A DNA stretch of 56,095 bases from a virus (Duplodnaviria; Caudoviricetes): positions 1-56,095 of IMG/VR virus record IMGVR_UViG_3300050035_000720, one strand, 5' to 3'. Made by a program: the position numbers and the translations under genes. The notes under the pieces are model-generated. The model was not told the origin of the DNA. It made no database searches and was given only the letters and a program-made list of their open reading frames with translations. Shown here one piece after another: positions 8,673-19,300 of this stretch (the stretch's first letter is position 1; each line of letters opens with the position of its first letter).

Positions 8673-8710
8673 AAGCATTAAATTGAGTGCACGGTTTTTT
8701 TCGTCGGCTA

Positions 8711-9367
8711 CTAGAACCAGAAACTGCCGTAACTTGGCGTGCTGACCGCTGCACCGGTAAGTGCCAAGGCGATGGCTACCCAAGGCTCGCTTGACGTGTT
8801 ACTGAACGAAACAGGGACAGATGCAGGCGTGGCCGTATACGCGGACGCGATTTCTCCAAGTAAATCGTAATAACCATTCACTGTGGGATATATCCCGGTA
8901 GATGAGAAGCCGCTTCCCGCACCGGGAACGCTTTGGTTGGTAGAGATTTCGTAGGCAAGCACCTGGTCGAAAGCGTTGACCGTCGTAATCGATGTCGACG
9001 GATCTGCCGATGTCCCTTGAAACGGTGCGGACGTAGAAAGTACTGGGTAGGCCGTGGCCCCCGCTGCATCATAAAACGGATCGAGCGTCAGCAGTAATAC
9101 CGAACCGCTGGTAACAGTCACAGTTGTTGTACCGGACGCGGCTGCAGCGGTTCCTGTAATTACACGCAGCGAAAACGTACCATTGCTGACAATGGCACCC
9201 GCTCCCCATATGATAGACGGGTCCGAAACGAATGGAACAGCTGTACCGTAGACTGCTATCGCTAGGACAATTGTACGGTAATCCCCAGTGGTTGACCAGG
9301 CAATGTTCTCCGTCGTACCGCCGCCGCTGACCTTGTAGTGTCCGTCCTGTAATATACTGTTGGCCAT
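8711..9367 (-). CDS. Putative tail-fibre-associated beta-rich protein
   Basis: S/T/G/A-rich beta-strand composition; follows the fibre-like gene. Confidence 0.55.
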   Translation of the reverse strand: MANSILQDGHYKVSGGGTTENIAWSTTGDYRTIVLAIAVYGTAVPFVSDPSIIWGAGAIVSNGTFSLRVITGTAAAASGTTTVTVTSGSVLLLTLDPFYDAAGATAYPVLSTSAPFQGTSADPSTSITTVNAFDQVLAYEISTNQSVPGAGSGFSSTGIYPTVNGYYDLLGEIASAYTATPASVPVSFSNTSSEPWVAIALALTGAAVSTPSYGSFWF

Positions 9368-10399
9368 TTAATAACCTGTAAGATCAGCAGCCATCGCCAC
9401 CCACAGAGACTTAACAGCGTCATAAATGACCCTGACCATATGTGTTTTTGTCGCGACGGTGGTTACTGGTAATGTCACAGGACCATTGATGAAATTCGCG
9501 CCCCATGCAATCGCCTGAGCGGTCCCGTTATCGTGGATCCGGAACGTGTACTCCTGACCATCCGTCGGTGCCCCAGTCATACTGCTTGACATTGATGTTA
9601 TCGCCGTGGCAAGTGACGTGATGTTAAGCTGGTCACTTGCGGCAATATTGTAAGTCGGTGTTGCAGAGCTCACCACCGTAAGTATGCGCTTGTTTGATGT
9701 GAGTCCTGGCGGAAGGTCAGCATACACGAGTGCTGCCCAAAAAGGAGCCGTTGGTGAGCCCGACGCTGGCCCGCGAAGAAACGTATTTGCAACCTGTGGG
9801 TTAAAGGTGAGCGCAATTGTCCCGGAGGTCGTCACTGGGTCTCCAGTTTCAGCGAATGTAGAAGCAGGAGCGGTAACGCTAACACTCGTCACCGTGCCAG
9901 CGGCCCCACCAGGCGGCGTATTCCAGCTGCCATCTTCGCGCAGATACCGGGTAGTCCCTGCCGTGGCACCTGGATCCGGCACGATGCCAGCCGCATGAGA
10001 AGCGCCAGAAGCACCGAACACGACGCCAACAATTTGCAGTGTTTCGTCACCTCCAGGATTGGCGGTTGAGCTACTTAAACCTCCGGATGCGACAATCTTG
10101 CTAGATGCAAATCCAGGCGTAGAGTCCGACGAACTGTTCAAGAACTCGTAACTTGGGCTGGCCACCACGTTATTAGTGCTTACCGACTCCGAGGGGGTAC
10201 TCACACTGTTACTGGTCGTCGAGGTCGTCTTAGTTGAAGCTTGAGAGTTGACGGCCGCAAACTTCTGGAACGACTGTACATGATCGTACAGTTGCGCCTG
10301 TGTCATTCCGCGAGTACCCGCATAACTCGGTTTCGTTGGAGTTGCAGGCGACGTGCGAGTATTTGGCTTCCCTGTCGGTACGTTTGGATTACTTGCCAT
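9368..10399 (-). CDS. Putative tail fibre/spike protein
   Basis: Fibre-type motifs GIVPDPGATAGTTRYLREDGSW and GTVTSVSV...PVTTSGTIALT. Confidence 0.65.
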   Translation of the reverse strand: MASNPNVPTGKPNTRTSPATPTKPSYAGTRGMTQAQLYDHVQSFQKFAAVNSQASTKTTSTTSNSVSTPSESVSTNNVVASPSYEFLNSSSDSTPGFASSKIVASGGLSSSTANPGGDETLQIVGVVFGASGASHAAGIVPDPGATAGTTRYLREDGSWNTPPGGAAGTVTSVSVTAPASTFAETGDPVTTSGTIALTFNPQVANTFLRGPASGSPTAPFWAALVYADLPPGLTSNKRILTVVSSATPTYNIAASDQLNITSLATAITSMSSSMTGAPTDGQEYTFRIHDNGTAQAIAWGANFINGPVTLPVTTVATKTHMVRVIYDAVKSLWVAMAADLTGY

Positions 10400-13300
10400 T
10401 ATTTCGGCCTCGAAAGTTGTCCCATAATGCCCAGCCGATTAGCTAGCATTGCATCCGCCGGCGTCGCTTCTCGCGACCGGATAGCAGCGAGTACTCTTTG
10501 CATGATGAACGGCCTCCATGTCTGCCTGAGCTGCACTGGCTGCTGCTGATACGCCTGCAGTACTTGAGATATCGGCAGCGCATTGACCGCCTGTATCATT
10601 TGTGCTGGCTGCGGTGCCGTCCTCATTTCAGCATTTACCGCAGCAGGTGATGCCGATGCGTACGATGTGCCCTGACCTGGTGCGTTTCGGTCAATGATCG
10701 CCTGCTGTTCAGGTGTGAGTGCTATAGGTGATCGCTGCAGCTTCTGCTCAAGGTAAGGCTTCAATAACTGCTGATCCTGTGTCGACGCATTCTGATAGAA
10801 TGTCTGCTCTGCAGCAAGTGGTAATTCACGAAATTTCGTAACCACGGGGTTGCTGACTGCATCTCTAAGCGAATCTTCAATCTGCATTTTAGAGGCATGG
10901 CCAGACCGTATAAGTTGACCAGCTTCGGCGCTTACATCCTCACCTTTCTGATGCCGTTGAACGATGTCCTGTATTGTCGCATTCACGCCAGGCTGGATTA
11001 CTGCTTTATGCGCTGCAGCTGCAGTATCAGCGAGTCCCAGCCCTGTCATGTCTGTTGCCGGTTGAGTTAGCCCACGCGGCAGGAACGTATTGACAATGTT
11101 CTTTGCAAACTGCGCGGATCCGCTCATAGGCGACTGCCCTTTTGGTGTATAATCGGCATTTGAGCCATAACCTGCTTTTCCAAGTAATGCGCCGGCTACC
11201 GGGTTTGCGGTGGCAGCTACAGAAAGTGCACGATTTTCTACCTGGTTTGCGTAGCCTGGCTCTGAAGGTGGAAGAGTATGCTCGAATTGCGGCACGTTCT
11301 GTCCACTGCTTCGATCTCTAAGGCTGCTAAGGTACGGAGTAATGCCGCCTGCAGCTAGAATGTCATTCAGTAAAGGGCCGCTGGTAAACGGCTGAGAAAG
11401 TCCGTTGATCTGGCCGCGCAGCGCTTCTTCTCCCACCATTCCCGGTGTCGCGCCTTCCTGATAAGCATTGTAAGCATTGCGTACACCAAGGGCATTTAAT
11501 CCCCTCGAAACAGTCGGATTCATTATCGCAGTGCTTACTCCGGGTTCTTGACCTTTTTGAGCGTTCTCCAGTTTACCTATTACATCGGAGACTCCGGGGA
11601 ATGCCTTGCCGAGCCTCGTATCAGTTCCAACAGGAACAGTGAGAAACCGGCTCTTCTTATCATCAAACGGCAGATGTCCGGTCTGAATTGCGTATAGCGC
11701 CGCCCATGTTCCGATCAGTGCCACTGGCCCAGCGATAGCCTGCTCGAACATTTTATTAGCAACCTGGCGGCCAAGGGCAACACCCTTAGTAGGCAGCGTG
11801 TTTACATCCCAAAATCTGGTATTCGCTTCGATGCCCTGCTTCATAAACGTAGTGCCGGCCACTGCGAACGGATTACCAAGCGGATGCTTGACTAGTCCTC
11901 GCACAACAGAATTTTGCAACACTCGGTTGTATTGACCAACCGTGTCGGTTACATATTTGGCAAGTTGCGCCGCCATCTCCGGATCTTGGTATGAACCGTT
12001 TGGATTTGTCGGCAGCGGTGCGTCCGGATCCAGTCCGACCATAGCCTTAGCAGAGCGGTAGAGTGCAATGCGAGTCCGGACATCCATGCCTCTGTCTCCA
12101 AATAGCAGGAACTTCGGATTGGTCGCAAGCCTAGTATTGCCAACCGTTACGCCACTAACCGGCTTTGTGCCAAGTAGTTCAGCGACTTTGGGATCATTGG
12201 TCAGACTGCCGTATCTATCACTAAGAGCACCACTGCGGGCCATCTCCTGGAGTGCTACGGCGTTCCTGTCCGGATCGTTATTTGCGACCTGTGCAAATCG
12301 CTTAGCCATGTTCTGCACGCCGCACTCGCCCCCGAGGATGTGAACCAAGTTAGGCCCCGCAGATTTAATGAAACCATACGATAGGTTGAATACGTGCGCT
12401 ACTCCCGCCTGCGGAGCAGCTAGACTAATCGTTGTCGCGGCCCGGGAAAGAATGTTCTCCGGCGTGTCATCGTCACTGCCCCATCGCTCATAGTCATGCG
12501 TCAGGACCGGACCTGATTCTTTCTTCAGCCAGTTCGGAACATAGACCGATTTACCCTTAGTGCTAAACGGAACCCCATCAGCACCGACCTTGCGGCCGCC
12601 ATATTCAATGGCAGCAAGCGATGCCGGATACTTTACGCCGCCGACGTCGATAGTTGCCTGGTCGTGAGAGTTTCCGTACTGGTCCTTCTTGCTTACGGTA
12701 GTGATCCGCTGCATCTGAGCTTCGTCGCTCGGATCCACTGTTAGCCCGTCGTTTACGATACCGCGCACAAATGCAGCCTGGCTGTTTCGGCGAAGCAGTC
12801 CAGACACCTTGCTTGCCAATGCGCCGGGGGTGCTGTCGTATTGCTCAGCCTGGCCAGTGGCAAAACGGTTGTGAATATTCTCGGCTGGCTCCATAGCTGG
12901 TGATGGAGTGCCAACAGGTCTTAGTGAACCATCTTGCTTGAACACTGACAGTGGGTAGTAAGTCTTGAGCGGCCCGAGGTCCTGCGAGAAGACACCTTCA
13001 TTGCTAGCATGGCTTTCCGCGATGTGTGGCTCGATCCGATCTTTGTAGATCTGGAGCGCAGTCTTGAACTTTGGATCGTTTACGGTGTTATCGTAGTGCA
13101 GAGGATTCCCGAACATCGTCGGAACGTTCTTGGACGCTCGATTCATAGTACTGGCAACAAAGTTATTCAGGTGAGTTAGATCGCCGGTCTCATTGGCATA
13201 TTCGATCTGCGAATGCAGCTGAGCTGCGATATTACTCCATCTTCCGCCGCCACTGCCAAGTGCTTCAATTGGTTCTGCATACTTGTCGTCCAGCGCAACG

Positions 13301-16300
13301 ATCGTGCCCTTGTTGTCTCGCGTAACAAGATCCTCCGGATTAGCAGCTCGTGCATTGGCCGTAAGTGATTGCCACCGAGCACGTACACCGCGGAGTCTGC
13401 TTTCAGTCAGTACTTTTCCGAAGCGGTCTAGGTCTGCAGAGGTACCGAGTGCATGCACGACGTCGCCCATTGCATGCTTCATCAGCACGTTTGTCCTGGC
13501 AGTTACAGCACCCAGTTCCTGGAATCGGCTGGTGGTTTCCGGGGATGCATGCTTCTTCAGGTAACTGCCGGCAGCGTCAAAGGTATTTCGTACTGCCGGT
13601 TTGGCATTTCGCACTGCATTGGCTAGATCCTGCAGATTCGGTGTTCCAAACTTCCAGTTAAACATCGGAGACTTTGCTCCTGATCCACCGGCCATAACTG
13701 GTGAAGACGCGAGCGGGCTATCACTGGTCGGTTCTCCGGTGATAGACTCATGGCCTTTGCCGCCAAGCATATCATCAAAGAGAGTCTTCATCGTTGGATG
13801 AAGTTCTCCGGCGATTGGACTATCGATTGTATTCTTGTAGATATCTGTCAGCCAGCCCTTGAAGTTATCGAACACTTCCTGCAGCTGTGGGCGCGGAGCT
13901 TTCCCGTTGGCTAGATACGCCTCAAAGTCACGCGCGAAATTCTCTTCGTGGTCAGTCGTCCATTCGCCATTTTTAATGCCGTAGTAATCTTCAGCCCTGG
14001 CCAGCAGATCAGGTGTGAGCGACTTACGAAAGAAGTGTGCAAACTCGTGCGCCGCGGTAGATACGTCAGCTGATTGGTAAAGCTTTATGAGTGCTTGACC
14101 GTCTTTGCGAGACCACTGTATACTTCCCTTTTCACCATCAGGACCAAGTTGTGAGTACTTATTGCCTTTGATTGCGTCAATTATTTCTGACGGCCCAGCG
14201 CCTGCAGCAGGTTCCGAGCCTTTTTGAAATAGTGGCTTACCATCTTCTTGCAGATGATAGTAAGCGTAGTCCGCCAGCTTGCGGGCATTGACTTCGTTTG
14301 GGCTATTTCGGTAGGCGTTGTAATCACCGTTGTAAAGATGCTGTGCACCTTCGTCTGTCAACCTGCCCTTCTTATCCTGCAATGCGTGGGCGGCTTCGTG
14401 AAGGATAGTGTGAAGCGGCCCATGTTCATCCATATCATGCGCGGTGGTGATATCCTTCCAGTTATGATCATACAGGCCATAAGCACCGCGCAGTACTGGA
14501 TCTTCATTCGGAAGATTGGTAATACGGGTATTAAGAACATCCTTGAACAACTCCCTGATTTTAGGGCCCTTCAAGTAATCACCAAGTGTTCTGGGAGATT
14601 CTACATCTCCGAACTTCTTGGATGATGCCCAGTCCAGCGCCTCGGGGGTGAACTTGTCGGCGTAGTCATACGGCTTGTTGAATGGCGCACTCTGATGAAG
14701 AATGTTAGGATCGTTAGGATCGAAGTTACCATTATTACCGATAGCGGACTTGATCTGTGTGCCATTGAATGCTATAGCAACATTGTGCGGCTCGCCTCCT
14801 GTGATGCTTCCGCCAATATGGGTTATGCCGTCGTACCCAGCTTTTTCGAGCACTTCTCGTACATCCCATTTGTCTCCTAAGTGCCTACAGAGAACTTTAT
14901 ATAAGTCCTTGCCAGTACTTAACGGGCTGATATTATTATCGTAAAGTAAAGATTCTGGCAGGCCTTTTTCTTTGAGCGCTTTGACAATCGACTTGGCACC
15001 GTCCAGTCCGATGCTCTTGTCTATGTCGAATGGATTTTTAATGGAAAGGTGAACTGGATACACACCTTTTCCTTTTCCAAGCGCCTGTTTTATGTCGTTA
15101 GTGTTCTCATTATCGATTGAAACACCATAAGTTCTCGGCTTTTCACCTGCAATAGGCGATCCATCACGGTTAACCCTAACACCGGTAACATAGCCGGTTT
15201 TCGGATCATACCCTTTTACAATTTTATCGAATCCTCCATAGGATCTAACAATGCGTCCTTCAGAATAGTATGCCGCCTTATCTGCAGACGTGATTGATCC
15301 TTTGGTTGTTTCAGCATAACCAGATGCAGTCTTTGGGCTATCGGTGAAGTACGCACCGGAACCATAGAGTAGATGATTGTCTCCCGCGTAGTTTGTTGTA
15401 TCAAATTCTGAGTGCCTCGCGCCTCCAGTGCCGTGATACATAACCTTTGGTTGCTGCTGGTCGTCTACTATCCGAGACCTAAGGAACCATTTTTTAAATT
15501 GCGGAGTGTTGACTTGGCTAGGTTTTTGGAATAATTTCTCGTCAGATTGTGGTATATCTGGATTAGCGAGCGAACTACTCCGAGCGGAACCGTCATCGGT
15601 CGACGTATGCGCGACGCCCTCTGTTTTAGAGGTAGCACGTTGCTTCGGAGCGCTCGTGCCTTCATCGTATGCCTTAACAGTCGCAGTAAAAACTAGTTTT
15701 TTGCCTTCACTTACTCCTGTTACAATCTCAATACGCTTGCCTATTTGCTTTTTGAATACTATGGCAGGAACTGTGCCGCCTTGAACAGTATTCTTACCTT
15801 TTTCTATAGTGTCTGCATCTTTTATCACATCATATATATGTGTGAAATCTTCCCTGGTCATGTGCACACGGTTTTCTTCGTGTTCATCTTCTACACCCCT
15901 ATTGGGGCCACCCTTGTTCGAATGATGGACAGTGCTCGTATCAGCAACTAAAGTAGATCCTTCTGTTTCTAATCCGACGGCGCCCCTGATACGATTAGCA
16001 AGTTCGTGATCTACTATCGCTATAGGCATTTTTGCATTCTTCGAAGATACGCCACTCTTTCCTTTTTGCCCTACTGCCAGGTCGTAAAGCTTTCCAAGCC
16101 TGTCAGCAATATAGCCTCGCGGATCTTGTGACCATTCAGTAATTTGTTTAGGTATGAGGATGTTGCGAACATCCTGGCTAATAGGCATATTCAGACTTTC
16201 TCCATTCCTAATCCTATGGTTTCCCAGGGAATCGGTTATAAACGTTACGCCTCCAAGACCTGGGACATAATGATCTTCACCTTCGCCAAATGGTGACTTC

Positions 16301-19300
16301 TGGAACAGCGTTCCGCTAAATCCGCTATTCGGCTCCGCTGCTCCCACATTACTCCGAACATACACGCGAGTCTTGCCATCAGGTGAAACAATGGCAGTAA
16401 GGTGATGATCGCCGTCGACAAGGTTGTAGGTAATGTCTCCGTTCGCTCCGTGTAGCACTTGGCCATGACCATTGGCCGCAGCCTTCTCCATGTCGCTGAC
16501 GGTCATCTGTGCGCCGTAGTTGACCCACTTGCCGTTAATCTTTGCGCGAGCCGCATTCTTGACATTGCCAGAAGCTGACAGGGAGCCGTCTGACTGCCGT
16601 TCGGCGTTGCCGATTACATCCCTGATAGTTTGAGGAATACGCTCGTCAGACTGAAACGGATGAACTTCATCTTCAAATTGCAGCCTTCCTGTAACACCAT
16701 TGGGAATAGCCTTAGTATTGGCAGTAGGCTTTTCAGTTGGAGGCTGCAGGCGGAAATCTTCTACATTGTCATCGCCGAACAAAGACCCAGTCGGTGCACG
16801 TTGGAAGAGCTGGCCAGTTACGTGGTCTTCTTCTTCGGTTGGGATAACTGTTCCCGCTGTTCCCATCGCTCCGGCGGCTGACTGTGGGTGAATTGCTGCA
16901 CCTTCGCCAACAGGTTCGCCTGCTGCTGCAGTCGTTGCTGTATCTCCGGTTGTTCGCTGGCCAAGGGATCTGATGATGTCGGGTGCGGCTGTACGGAACT
17001 TGTTAAGGGCATCTTGTTTGACGACATTTGGCGACTCTCCTTTTCCTAGACGGCGTGAAGCTTCGTCTAGTATATCTGATACTGGACCAGACGAGTTCTT
17101 GGTTCGGTCGAATATCTCCTGAGCTTGATTAGTTTCATGAGCTTTCTGCGCACTTGTCTCTGCGTCGATCACGTTTTTGCCGGTAGCAAAGGCCTCGGCA
17201 TTCGCGGTGTTACCGGCGGTCTTTAATACATTTGCGGTTCGTCCGAGTTGTCTGCGAATATAATCAGCAACACTGGCTCGCTCAAAGAACAGGCTCTTGT
17301 CTGCAGGGGTTGCATCGTCGCCAAACATATTCGGCGTGGATACTCCCGCTGCACCCCTTGGAGCGCCTGCAATACTGTCGGCCATTTCGGATATTTGCCC
17401 GTTGGTCGGTTCCTTGCCTGACTTCTCCAAGTCGTCCATCCGACGGGTAAGCAAAAGCTGATCGTCCGGGTTCGGCAACTTACTGCCGATAATCGATGCA
17501 CGTTCTGCAGGAATCTCTCCGCGAACGACCTTGGAAAATATCGAAGGATGAAGCTGTGAAAGTGCAATGCCCTGTTCCGCTACTTTGCCCTTCAGAGGTA
17601 TGCCCTGGTCGGAGATTTCCTGCGGCGTCATCTTCGAGTCTCTAAAGAACTGCGCAGCGTCAACTGCCGTACCTTGGCCTTCAGCAATGTTTACCAGTGC
17701 GCCGTGGGCCCTGGCCTCGCCTGGAGTTGCAGCATCGAGATATTGAACATTGACATTCTTAACGCCAAGCCGATTAGCAAGCGCGAGACGATTATGCCCG
17801 TTGACTGCGTAGGTCTGTCCATCCGCTGGATCACGCCATACTTGCAGTGCGCCGGCGGAGTTGGGATTCCATGATTTTACACTAGAAAGCGATCCGGTCT
17901 GACCACCATGTCCTTTGATAATCTTGTACTGAAAACGATCAGGATCAACCTGGATCGAGGAAGTAGGCACATTAGCAAAAGCGGCAACTGGCTGTCCTGA
18001 TGCAACTTCATGTTTAGACGCAGTACTATCCGCAAACAGATCATCTGTCTGCGGCTGCGCTGCATGCTCCTTAACAGCATTGTTAATATTATCAACTAAC
18101 TGCTGGCCTTCCGTAGTCTTGGCTGTCAGTGTTTCGCCCGGCACGACACCTCGGAGATTAGCCTCCAGGTATTGAGATGGAGACTCGCCAGTTTTAGCAG
18201 CTCTAGTATTCAGGTAAGCGTCAACCAATGTAGAGACTGCACGCGCTCCATCCTGTGGTATCCCGGACTCAACAAGCGCGTTAGCAATATCGGCGGTCGA
18301 AGTGATCTGCACAGGCTTCCCATTCGACGCGGCGAATTTCGCGTGGCTGACCAATACTGAGTCCGGATTGCTGAAAGCGTCATCTAAATTGTTGGCGGCC
18401 GCCTGGGACGGCTCGAATGCGGATAGTGGGTCGTTAGTATGTTCCGCTGCGCTTGCTCCGAGAGCTGTATTGGATGCGGCTTGAGCTGCTTCCTTCGCAC
18501 TCTGAATACCTTGAGCCCTCTCTTTTGTCGCCTTCAACACACTGCCCAAAGAATTGATTGGCTTCGGGGCTTCGGGCACATTTGCCTTAGCTTCTGCTTC
18601 CTGCATGGCCGCAACACTGGACGTTTTCAATGGTGGTGCTGTCGTTTTTGAGATACCAAGTACTTGCTCAGTATTCTGCGTTAATTCATGTGATAGTTGC
18701 TGTGAGACACTTCCGTCAGCGTTCCGAACTGACTTATAGACTTCGACGCCTTCAGGTAAGGAGTGGATTCCGTTAAGCGGTGCTTTATACCAAGTCGGAT
18801 TAACGTGTATCGTTGTGGCCGACGATGCGATAGTGCTGTTCGGCAAGACGAGCGGCTTGTTGATAGGATCGGCTTCTGGTGCAACACCGCTCTCTGGCTC
18901 AATGGTTGTGCGTTCACCCTTCGTAGAAAATGCGCGTAGCAATTTGCCTTTCAGGTTAGGGATACCGCTGCTGGCTAGGAACTGTAGACGGTTATTAGTG
19001 TCGACCAGCAGTTGAGCCTTGGCAAGTGATTCGGTATCTCCGGCAGCACGTAGAGCGTTGATCTGTGCGTTGTTGGTAATGATTGTACGGTTTAATGCCG
19101 CCGGAGCATCCATGATACGAAGCGCAGCGCCCAACGCTGATCCGCCGACAACCATACCGGTATTTGCTAAAAATCCGGCAGGGTCCGCGCGGTACTCTTG
19201 ACCATACGTCCCATTGATAGATCTGCCACCGGCTTTTATTGCTTGGAGTACACCTGCGTCTGCAGACTGCCCTATTCTGCTGGTGGCATTGTAAAGCACA

